Below, piece after piece: positions 36,989 through 46,886 of a DNA stretch of 64,000 nt. The translations under genes and the position numbers were made by a program. Numbering within the stretch: the first letter of the stretch is position 1; every line of letters starts with the position of its first letter. Source of the DNA: Azolla caroliniana (Eukaryota; Plantae; Polypodiophyta); NCBI GenBank assembly GCA_043228905.1, contig JBHGNT010000006.1, positions 12,834,001 through 12,898,000 of the forward strand. Direction: 5' to 3'. The notes beneath the pieces are model-generated. The model searched no databases. It worked only from the letters and a program-made list of their open reading frames with translations, and was not told where the DNA came from.

Positions 36989-37542
36989 ACTTATCTTAAG
37001 TGTTTTAAATATAGATTTAATACGTATAAGACCTTTATTTATGCATACCTTTATTAAAAGGTAAATCGTGTATTTTTTTAATATATGAAAAAGAAAAACA
37101 CGAGACACTAAAAATAACTCATGCACATCTAGCGTGCATGAGCCCTATACTTAGGAAATAAAAAAGCATCACATGCACATTTAGTGACATGAACACTTTT
37201 TGTAAAAAAAAAAAAAAAAAAAAAGCATGAAGCCATGCTTAGCTCTTCCTCCCTTATATAAGGAGGAGAGAAATATGTAAAGGGTTGTTGATTATTTGGA
37301 TTAAGTATTAATCAATACAAAAATTATTCGTGGGATTCACGATTTATACATCTACTTCTCTCTTAACACCCTAAGTACCAATTAATATAGTATACTCGTG
37401 TGATTCACGAGTTTCTTGTCTTTCTCTTTGCTATTTACTCATAATTAATCTCTATCTCACGAACTTCTTTCTCCTAGTCCAAGACCTCTGTGGTTCCCAC
37501 CCGACTCACGCAACGATCCGGAGCCGAAAGGCACGACACAGT

Positions 37543-37560
37543 TGGTGAACCCGACGTGAA
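37543..37560 (+). promoter_or_regulatory. Primer binding site complementary to tRNA-Trp 3' end
   Basis: TGGTGAACCCGACGTGAA is complementary to the plant tRNA-Trp(CCA) end ...TTCACGTCGGGTTCA-CCA (recalled sequence). Confidence 0.85.
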
Positions 37561-37577
37561 AAACGGGTGGCAAGGAG

Positions 37578-39617
37578 ATGGAGGCTCAACAAGCTAACAA
37601 TATGATGGCGATGTTCGAACGGATGCTTCAAGAACAACGCACGATGTCGGAGATTTCGGCATCAGTAGAGCGGCTCGTGCAACGCAACGGGCAATTTAAT
37701 GGTAAGGATGTGTCGCGATATTTGCAGGACTACAAGGCGGAGATGCTCCGGTGCCGGGATTCGGAAGGACTGCAAGTGACATCCTTTAACCGGGTGGCGA
37801 CCGACGGGCTTCAAGGGAGTATCCACGGGTTGCAACAACAAAATCCGACGTGGGAAGCATTCGAAGAGGCGTTAAAGACCACGTTTGCCATCGAGGACTC
37901 CTCCAAGGCAACGCGGAGGGGATTCGAGGATTGGGTGGAAACGTCAGGTAAGGGGCTGAAGGTCCTCGAAGTGTTTTCGACATTCGAAAGTCGGTTCGGG
38001 AGGTTGTCCGCGAGAGATCAAACTATTCTTGCACCGGACAAAGTCATCATGTTTTTGCGAGCTGTGGACGTCCGGGACCGGAAAGATCTCGGAGTGCTTC
38101 TTGAGGACACGACCACCGAAAGCGGCCTCACCGAAACATGGGAAAGCGTGCGGGATATCGTCGCGCGGTACACGAAGAGGGGGCAATGGCTTGCCAACGA
38201 AGAAAAGAGGGTTTCGGAACCGATTCCGAAACCGAGAACGGGACTGGAAGACCATCAACCGAGGGCTCGGGAGATTACGACCGAGAAGGGAGTCGACGCG
38301 TCTACGGTGGAGCAGCTGCTGAAGGAGATGGAGAATCTAAAGATCGCGATGGTGAAGAAGTCGGATGACCGCCCCACAAGCTCCAAATATACGGATCGAC
38401 GGTGCATATGGTGCGATAGCGCCGAACACGATCGGAGGGATTGCGACGACCATAAGGAGGCGCTACGACGGGATCTCATCTACTACGAGGGAAACCGGAT
38501 TCATTCGATGGACTCTCGGAAGCCACTCCGACCGAACTTCCGGAAAGGCGGCATGAAGAAGGTGCTCGAGGAGGAGTTAGCGGCAAGAAGCAACTATGCG
38601 ACAACCGCGGGAATATGTGTCGGGGAGTCAACGGGAGCGAAGGCGTCTTTCTGGCCGGAGGTGCTAGGAAACACCGAGAAAACCGACTCCAACGATATCC
38701 GAAACACCGCGGAAGGCGTCCGGGAAGCTACGGGATGGGAGTGCCCTGTCGACAAGAATAGCATATACGCCCTGTGTCAATTACATGAGGTGTATGTGGA
38801 CGAGAAACGACAGCGCACGGAGGATGCGGCCGGACCATCGAAGATACCGGAAAGCTGGAACTCCGGAGGTAAGGGAAAAGAAAAGGCGACTCCGGCATTC
38901 AAGCTCGCCTCGGACATAGAACAACAAACCGACTTGAAAAGAGTGTTCGAGGAAAGAATCTTGGATAGCCGGGTAGATTTTTCGCTGCGGGAACTACTCG
39001 GAATAGCGAAGAAGGAGTTTCACGATCTTCTCGTGGATCTCGTGAAAAGGAAGAGACAAAGTACGGAGGAAAATGCTCCAAGGGTGAATGCAAATACCGT
39101 TTCAATGAACGACACCGAAGTGGAAGGCGAAATTCCGAACTCCCACTATACAAGGCCACACTGGGCACGTGCGACTACGGAGACTCCGGTCCGAATCGGC
39201 AACATCAAAGAACCCGTGCTAGCATTGATTGATCACGGATCGGAGATCAACTTGATGTCCAAGGAGTTCTACCGAAAGGGGAAGTGGCCTATAAACACCA
39301 ACCATGGATGGAAGATTCGGGCAGCCACGAAAACGACGGAAGACCTATTTGCTGCTTGTCCGGATGTGACGGTAAAGATCGGGGATGTAGAAATTGACCA
39401 AAATTTCTTTGTGCAGGATGAGGTTTCACATTCTGTCATCCTCGGCCAACCCTTTATCACGGCTTCACGGATGGAGACGAAGGTGCTCGATAGTGGTGCG
39501 GCTTTTGCGCGAATTCGGAGCCAAAACGGAGGGAAATCCGTCCAATTCCTAACGGTGCCGGCAAATCACGAAAGGAACAAGAGGGAACTCTTGTCCCAAG
39601 TGAGAATGGATTTTTAA
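37578..39617 (+). CDS. gag: Gag-protease polyprotein
   Basis: 679 aa. Motifs FNGKDVSRYL, knuckle CIWCDSAEHDRRDC and aspartic protease LIDHGSEIN...ILGQPF. Confidence 0.93.
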   Translation: MEAQQANNMMAMFERMLQEQRTMSEISASVERLVQRNGQFNGKDVSRYLQDYKAEMLRCRDSEGLQVTSFNRVATDGLQGSIHGLQQQNPTWEAFEEALKTTFAIEDSSKATRRGFEDWVETSGKGLKVLEVFSTFESRFGRLSARDQTILAPDKVIMFLRAVDVRDRKDLGVLLEDTTTESGLTETWESVRDIVARYTKRGQWLANEEKRVSEPIPKPRTGLEDHQPRAREITTEKGVDASTVEQLLKEMENLKIAMVKKSDDRPTSSKYTDRRCIWCDSAEHDRRDCDDHKEALRRDLIYYEGNRIHSMDSRKPLRPNFRKGGMKKVLEEELAARSNYATTAGICVGESTGAKASFWPEVLGNTEKTDSNDIRNTAEGVREATGWECPVDKNSIYALCQLHEVYVDEKRQRTEDAAGPSKIPESWNSGGKGKEKATPAFKLASDIEQQTDLKRVFEERILDSRVDFSLRELLGIAKKEFHDLLVDLVKRKRQSTEENAPRVNANTVSMNDTEVEGEIPNSHYTRPHWARATTETPVRIGNIKEPVLALIDHGSEINLMSKEFYRKGKWPINTNHGWKIRAATKTTEDLFAACPDVTVKIGDVEIDQNFFVQDEVSHSVILGQPFITASRMETKVLDSGAAFARIRSQNGGKSVQFLTVPANHERNKRELLSQVRMDF

Positions 39618-42600
39618 AGCGGACTGTTGCGGAGTGGGGAAGTGATAGTCCGAGAAGCCCTGATACCCCACACAGGAAGAAAACTCTCGGAGCAAAACAA
39701 GTACGAATCGGCCCGGATGGGGCATCTACGTACATGGCCGTAACCGGAGGAATGAAGAAACAATACCGACAAGTGGAGGATAAGTTACGGTCGGCATCAA
39801 TAATAAAAGAAGACGAAGAAATCGTGGGAGTGATCGAGGAAGTGTTCTATGGGAATACACTACAACGGCTTGAAGAGCTTGCGAAAGATAAAAGCCAAGG
39901 GAACCGGGTAGTCCCGGTGGAATCGGTCGAGATGTACGAGATCGTTGCGAAAATGGGGCCGGATGCGCTCCGCAAAGAAGAAGCAATGGTAAGTACGAAA
40001 TACAAGACCGTGGAGAAGAAGGTGAAACCGGCCGCGGGACCACTACCCGCCGATAGCGAACAAAAGAGGAAAGAAGTCTCGGGAGATCCGACACTTCGGA
40101 AGACCGTGGATATCGGACATGCCTTCACAGATGAGACCCGGAAGAAACTTCGGATCGGTGGAGGTGGGTTCCTCTTACAAGAAGAAGAAAAACGGTTTCG
40201 AGAGATGTTGGAGCAACATGGCAAAGCATTCGCGTTCACATCGAGGGAGATCGGGTGCATTGATCCAAAGATAGTGGAGCCGATGGTGATTTTCACGATT
40301 GATCATGTACCGTGGAACCTGAAGCCGATTCCGGTGCCACGGGCGCATATTCCGAAAGTCATCGACTTGCTCAAGGAGAAGGTGGCGATGGGGATTCTAG
40401 AGCCATCAAGTGCTCCGTACTCAAATCGATGGTTTACGGTTCCGAAGAAGAATGGGTCACTCCGATTCATCCAAGACTTGCAACCGGTGAACAAGGTCAC
40501 GATCCGGAACTCGGGAGTCGGTCCGATAGTGGACGAATTCGCGGAAGCTTTTGCCGGACGTGCGATATACTCCATCGGGGACCTATACTCGGGGTATGAC
40601 CAATTCCAACTAGCCGTGGAGAGCCGAGACATCACTACCATGCGGACACCGATAGGACTAGTTCGAATGTGCACACTACCACAAGGAGCGACAAACTCGG
40701 TTGCACATATGATGAACGCGATGAACAAGGTGCTTCGAGATTGCATCCCGGAGATAACGATGCCGTTTCTAGATGACATTCCGATGAAAGGATGCGCGGT
40801 GGAAGAAAAAGATGAGACTATGGATGATCGGGGATGCCGAAAGTTCGTGGTCGACCATATTCATGATTGCGAGAAAGTGTTGCGAAAGCTAGAAGATGTG
40901 CACCTAACACTTTCCGGGGAGAAATCGGCATTCGGGCAAGAAGAAATATTGGTGGTCGGACATCTATGTGGACCCTACGGCCGAAGACCGTCACCAACAA
41001 AGATCGATGCGATTCAAGCTATGAAGGAAGTATGTGAGTCAACATCGGAAGTCCGAAGGTTTCTAGGTGCGTGTGCATTCTATCACATATGGATTCCGCA
41101 CTATGCACATATAGCGGACCCACTCTATCACTTGTTGCGGAAAGGTAAGAAATTCGAGTGGAAACCGGAACACACTAAAGCCATGAGGAAGCTCAAGAAG
41201 ACACTATGGAGGGCGGAATCACTTAAGAAGCCAAGCTACGAGCGGCCAATCATAGTAACGGTTGATACAAGTCCAACCGGTATCGGGTGGGTCATCAATC
41301 AAGCCGACTCGGATGGTTCGCGGTATCCGATCCGATTTGGAGCAAAGGTCCTCAACGAAAGGCAACGCGGATATGCACAAATCAAAAGAGAATTGTGGGG
41401 AGTCGTGTCGGCGATAAAATCGGATCGGGATTATTTGATCGGAGCTGAAGTGGTGATCGAGACGGATTGTCTTCCGATACTCGGGATGATGCGGTGTTGT
41501 ACGATACCGGATGTGGCTATGCTAAGGTGGATTGCATATGTCAAGTCACTTAATCCGGAGGTTCGACACATCTCGGGGAAGGACAACGCGGTAGCGGACA
41601 TGTTATCGAGGGCGCGGTTTGAAGACGACATAACCGAATCAGATAATGAAGAAGTTTCCGAAGACTACTTCACGTCAGAACACATATGCCGAGTGAACGT
41701 GATCCGAGAATTCCGGGAAGAAGAATACGAGGGGGAAACCTTGATGATCGGGAAGATGCTACAAGAGGTCGAGGATTCAACCAATGATAAAGAAAGGAGA
41801 GCCGAGATCCGAAGGATGAAGAGGCAAGTCCAAAAGTTCTTCTTGGAAAACGGTTTAATATGGAGGACGCCGAAAAGACCGGATGGGATACCACTTCGAG
41901 TAGTCGGGACGAAAGAGCAACGAAACCGGATAATGTCCGAGTTCCACGAATCCGATTGGGCTGGACATCGAGGAACATGGGCAACTTTTGTGAAAATCAA
42001 GCAAAGATATTGGTGGAAGAACATGTATAAAGATGTCGCGGAGTTCACAGAAAGCTGCGAGAAATGTCAAGTCTACTCCGGGGTCCGACACCGAGATGAG
42101 CTGCATCCGACATTCTCACCGACAATCAACTTCAAGTGGATGGTCGACATTGTAGCTATGCCGACCGGGATTGGACAAAAGAAATACTTGGTGTTAGCTC
42201 GAGAAGATCTCACAAACCAAGTTGAAGGTCGGGCGCTTCGGAGGAAAACGTGTGCCGCGGTGTGCCAATTTCTTTTGGAAGAAGTGTTTTGTAGGTACGG
42301 CTGCGTAGGACAAGTGATTGCGGACCGGGGAGAACTCGACTCGGACAAAGCTAGGGGATTCTTCGCCAAACATGGAGTTCGGTTAACGTTGACAACGGCC
42401 TACAATCCGGAGGCCAACGAGAAGATCGAACGAGGACATAGTCCGATCGTGAAAGCACTTGCGAAGGCATGCGACGGAAGGGTGAAGGATTGGCCACAAA
42501 TGCTTCCGTATGCACTATGGGCGGATTGGACGACGCATAGCTCCGTGACCGGTTACATGCCGGCAGAACTCATGACCGGACAAGCACCGGTAATGCCAAC

Positions 42601-43219
42601 GGAAACCGCAATCGCGACATGGACAATACTACCGTGGAAGGAAGAGATGAGCCGGGAAGAACTACTAGCGGTCCGGATACGACAACTGGAGGGAAGACCG
42701 AAAGATGTAGCGGAAGCGTCACGCCGACAACAAGAAGCACGGTTCCGGAACAAAAGCCGGTTCGACACAAAGCACCGACTACGACCGAGGAGGATTGAAG
42801 AAGGAGATTGGGTGATCGTCTATGATAGTAGCTTGGACCATCAACATACAACGATGCGGAAATTCGCGAAAAGGTGGTTCGGGCCGTACGAGGTTCGGAA
42901 GGTCTTCGACAACGGGACGTACCGACTGTCCGAGTTGGATGGAACAATACTACGAGTGCCTATAGCCGGGAAGCGGGTGAAGATTTTCAAGAAGCGGACC
43001 GACGACAAACCTTATGTGATCCAAGTCGAGGCCGACAACGAGGAGCAATCGGACGAAGACCACAATGATGCGGGAAGCGAAGAAAGTGGATTACAACTCA
43101 TAGTCGACATAAGGGGAGAATCGGAGGAAGCTTCGGATGAAGACGGATACGAAGAATCAAGAACTTCGGCACATACCGGAGGATGTGCGGGTTTGGAGGG
43201 GGCGAGTGTCGTAGTGTAG
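39608..43219 (+). CDS. pol: RT-RH-INT polyprotein, probably entered by -1 frameshift at 39608-39614
   Basis: Motifs LPQGATNS, PFLDDIP, VDTSPTGIG, HHCC, IADRGE and GPY. The -1 frame is open from 39608 to the ATG at 39734. Confidence 0.93.
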   Translation, partial: GFLKRTVAEWGSDSPRSPDTPHRKKTLGAKQVRIGPDGASTYMAVTGGMKKQYRQVEDKLRSASIIKEDEEIVGVIEEVFYGNTLQRLEELAKDKSQGNRVVPVESVEMYEIVAKMGPDALRKEEAMVSTKYKTVEKKVKPAAGPLPADSEQKRKEVSGDPTLRKTVDIGHAFTDETRKKLRIGGGGFLLQEEEKRFREMLEQHGKAFAFTSREIGCIDPKIVEPMVIFTIDHVPWNLKPIPVPRAHIPKVIDLLKEKVAMGILEPSSAPYSNRWFTVPKKNGSLRFIQDLQPVNKVTIRNSGVGPIVDEFAEAFAGRAIYSIGDLYSGYDQFQLAVESRDITTMRTPIGLVRMCTLPQGATNSVAHMMNAMNKVLRDCIPEITMPFLDDIPMKGCAVEEKDETMDDRGCRKFVVDHIHDCEKVLRKLEDVHLTLSGEKSAFGQEEILVVGHLCGPYGRRPSPTKIDAIQAMKEVCESTSEVRRFLGACAFYHIWIPHYAHIADPLYHLLRKGKKFEWKPEHTKAMRKLKKTLWRAESLKKPSYERPIIVTVDTSPTGIGWVINQADSDGSRYPIRFGAKVLNERQRGYAQIKRELWGVVSAIKSDRDYLIGAEVVIETDCLPILGMMRCCTIPDVAMLRWIAYVKSLNPEVRHISGKDNAVADMLSRARFEDDITESDNEEVSEDYFTSEHICRVNVIREFREEEYEGETLMIGKMLQEVEDSTNDKERRAEIRRMKRQVQKFFLENGLIWRTPKRPDGIPLRVVGTKEQRNRIMSEFHESDWAGHRGTWATFVKIKQRYWWKNMYKDVAEFTESCEKCQVYSGVRHRDELHPTFSPTINFKWMVDIVAMPTGIGQKKYLVLAREDLTNQVEGRALRRKTCAAVCQFLLEEVFCRYGCVGQVIADRGELDSDKARGFFAKHGVRLTLTTAYNPEANEKIERGHSPIVKALAKACDGRVKDWPQMLPYALWADWTTHSSVTGYMPAELMTGQAPVMPTETAIATWTILPWKEEMSREELLAVRIRQLEGRPKDVAEASRRQQEARFRNKSRFDTKHRLRPRRIEEGDWVIVYDSSLDHQHTTMRKFAKRWFGPYEVRKVFDNGTYRLSELDGTILRVPIAGKRVKIFKKRTDDKPYVIQVEADNEEQSDEDHNDAGSEESGLQLIVDIRGESEEASDEDGYEESRTSAHTGGCAGLEGASVVV

Positions 43220-43290
43220 GTTGCACACTATGTGGAAATTATATTTTTGTCCCTCTGGATAGAAAATGGAGTGCTCGGTGAGAAACGGAA

Positions 43291-43470
43291 GAAAACGGCA
43301 TACCGGCAAGGAGGAAAACGGCATACCGGCAAGGAGGAAAACCGGCATACCGGCAAGGAGGAAAACGGCATACCGGCAAGGAAGAAAACGGCATACCGGC
43401 AAGGAGGAAAACCGGCATACCGGCAAGGAGGAAAACGGCATACCGGCAAGGAAGAAAACCGGCAAGGAAG
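43291..43470 (+). repeat. 23/24-bp tandem repeat in LTR U3 (7 units plus a partial; 3 units at ~36806-36874 in the 5' LTR)
   Basis: Unit gaaaac(c)ggcataccggcaaggaR. Confidence 0.95.
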
Positions 43471-46400
43471 AGCCGGATAAAGAGACATAAATGTAAAAAG
43501 AAAGGAAATACTCACTACTGCGCAGGGCGTGATTCGAACTCTGCACCTCCACGTTGACAAACCCCAACCTTACCATTACATTAACTTATCTTAAGTGTTT
43601 TAAATATAGATTTAATACGTATAAGACCTTTATTTATGCATACCTTTATTAAAAGGTAAATCGTGTATTTTTTTAATATATGAAAAAGAAAAACACGAGA
43701 CACTAAAAATAACTCATGCACATCTAGCGTGCATGAGCCCTATACTTAGGAAATAAAAAAGCATCACATGCACATTTAGTGACATGAACACTTTTTGTAA
43801 AAAAAAAAAAAAAAAAAAAAGCATGAAGCCATGCTTAGCTCTTCCTCCCTTATATAAGGAGGAGAGAAATATGTAAAGGGTTGTTGATTATTTGGATTAA
43901 GTATTAATCAATACAAAAATTATTCGTGGGATTCACGATTTATACATCTACTTCTCTCTTAACACCCTAAGTACCAATTAATATAGTATACTCGTGTGAT
44001 TCACGAGTTTCTTGTCTTTCTCTTTGCTATTTACTCATAATTAATCTCTATCTCACGAACTTCTTTCTCCTAGTCCAAGACCTCTGTGGTTCCCACCCGA
44101 CTCACGCAACGATCCGGAGCCGAAAGGCACGACAGCGTAAGTCTACAAAACCTATTGTGTGGAATGCTACATAAGACCTCGCCTTTAAGGAACTCAGGGA
44201 CCTGGTGTGCAAGGGTGCTTCGCTTCTTCTACCAGATCCTTCAAAACCTTTTCAGGTTGAAACCGATGCAAGTGAATATGCTATAGGTGTTGTCTTATAT
44301 CAAGATGGTAAACCAATAGCATTCGAGAGTAAGAAAATGAATTATTTATAGTTATTCATGCGCTCAAGACATGGCACCATTATCTTTATGGAAATTGTTT
44401 AGTGGTAACAACGGACCACGAGTCCTTGAAATATTTTTGTGACCAACAAGACCTTAAAGGTCGTAAGGCACGATGGGCAGATCTCATCCATGACTTTGAT
44501 TTTTCCATACGATATCGTAAAGGTTCCATGAACAATGTCATTGTTACACTGAGTCGCATTCGTGAAGTTAACATGCTTAGCTTCACTGGAATAACATCAT
44601 ATCTTTATGATCACCTTCGAGGAAAGTATCCTGATGATAGTTATTTTGCGAAATACTAGGCAAGAGTTGAGTCAGGAACAGACACCACCACATTCTCGAA
44701 GGAATCCTTTCACGTTGCTATTGATCTGCTCTACCATAATGGGAAGGTTTGTGTTCTAAATTTGCCTGAAGTCAAAAAGAGAATTCTTTTTTAATGCCAT
44801 GATGCACCCTCATCAGGGCACCCTAGAATATATCATACACACGTTCTTCTCTCCACTCAATTCTAGTGGCCTAAGATGTGTCCTAACATACATAGTCATG
44901 TGACTAAATGTCACCAATGTGAGGTTAACAAAGTCGAGCGACTTAAAGCCGTTGGACTTTTACATCCCTTGGACATTCCCGATAATAAGTGGGAAAGTAT
45001 ATCCATGGATTTTATTGTTAGCCTTTCCTCGCACCCAAAAGGCCATGATGCCATTTGGGTTGTGGTTGATCGCCTAACTAAAATGGCTAGATTTATTGCT
45101 ACTAAAACCACGGTAACAGCTCTTCAAATTTTTTACCAACTCATTAATCAATAATTTCATTTTTATGGGTTACCGATGGATATCATGAGTGATGAATATC
45201 CAAAGTTTACTAGCGACTTTTGGACACAAGTCTTTAAGAAGTTAGAAACTACATTGAGCATGAGCTCGACGGATCATCCTTAATCCGATGGACAAGCAGA
45301 ATGACTAAATCAAATTATTGAGGAAATGCTTCATGCATATGTTGGTAAAAACCAACAAAATGGGAACATTATCTCCCAATTTTGGAGTTTTCTTATAACA
45401 ACTCCAAACATACATCGACAGGATATAGTCCTTTTATGTTGATGTATGATTTTCAGCCACGAGCCCCGATTGATGTTAGTATACATCATGATGAGTTGCA
45501 AAGTATGCAAAACTTTCTTCGAGATATGCAAGAGTTGCATATTGCACGAGATAATATAAAAACAACTCAAGATAGGGCGCGTTTTTATGCCAATCATAAT
45601 AGGCAACCTCATGTATTCAACCCTGGATAGAAACTATTTTTACATGTACCTCAAAATTCTAAGACATTGTCTAAGGGTAAGTGCGCTAAGTTAGCCCCAC
45701 AGTTTTGTGGACCTTTTACAGTCCTCAAACGCATTGGTTCATCAACCTATCGTCTCGCTCTTCCTGATGGCGTTGAAATCCATCCAGTTTTTCATGTAAG
45801 TTGTCTAAAAGAACTTCTAGGTTCTGGCGACAATACAGTTACAACTGAAACTCTCCTTACTTCTGAAGAATTATCTTCTAAACCATATGTACCAGAAAAA
45901 ATTCTCAATGTTAAAACAAAAAAATTTCATTCTAAAATAATCCGAGAATTTAAAATTAAATGGATGAATATCAAAGATGCCACATGGGAACGCGAAAATA
46001 CTCTTACAACTAACTTCCCTAGCTTTCCGTTGCAAGAGTGCAATGTTTTAAAGTGTGGGAGTATGTTACGGGCATGACCATATAATATCTCATGGTGAGA
46101 ATGTATCGTAGTATTCTATACATGTAGATAAAGTGTGAGGGTTAAATGATGGTGTAAAGAAGAGGAGGATTACTTTTAATACTCGGGATTGAAATAACCC
46201 ATTAGGCCAAGTGTGAACATGCCTGGGGGCCTTGGGTCTGGCTATAAATTGTTACCGGCCGGCAAAGGAGTCCAGAGTGTGAAACGAAGGAGTTATTTAA
46301 TTATTAGGAATGGTTGTAAGTAAGCTATTAGTGTGGACGGACGGACCGGAATCAGTATGCCATTCCGGATCCGGACCGATCCCGAACAGGTGCAGATGGC

Positions 46401-46886
46401 ACCATTTTGTACTACCGTTTTGTACTACAAACCGAAAACCTATTTAAAGGCCCGGATACAATGTAATGAGCAGCGGATAAATAATGAAGCTTAGTGTTTT
46501 ATCTCTCTATGTTAATTGCCGTTCTGCATTCATTGTTATATCTTATGCGTGTGATTATTAAGGACGATCTTGCTAAGTAACCTAATTAAGTCGGATTAAT
46601 CGTTGAGCCTAATCCTCTTGCCGTAACACCCCTTTGGTGAAGTGTCTTCCGTAGACACCCTGTGTTAGGCCATTGTCCGGCCCTAAGAGTTAACACAGTT
46701 TTTGGCGACCACGATTCCTGTTTTTGCAGCGAACGACGGCATGAATGGATGACTAGATCAACGCACGACCTGGTTACAGATCGAACTTGACACCTTGCCG
46801 AAAGGCAAAGGAGACGTGAGGCTTTCCAGCAAGCGGCGCAGGAAATTACAGCGGATCGCTCGTTTTCCAATGTAATCTGGAAAGTA

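Larger units (their letters stand above)
36722..44134 (+). mobile_element. Young intact non-chromovirus gypsy, tentatively Phygy-like (5' LTR 36722-37538, 3' LTR 43207-44134)
   Basis: TG..CA ends and a 4-bp TSD GCGT (36718-36721, 44135-44138). By eye the LTRs are identical except for tandem-repeat number and A-run length. PPT ggagggggcgag precedes 43207. Confidence 0.97.

Noticed and set aside
37500-37545. Hammerhead ribozyme at the LTR end (gccgaaaggc)
   Set aside because: No CUGAnGA core. It is a simple GNRA hairpin.
39847-43068. Many 60-160 aa antisense or alternate-frame ORFs over pol regions (also 46586-54189 and 15395-20000)
   Set aside because: Shadow ORFs of GC-rich coding sequence with no recognisable motifs.
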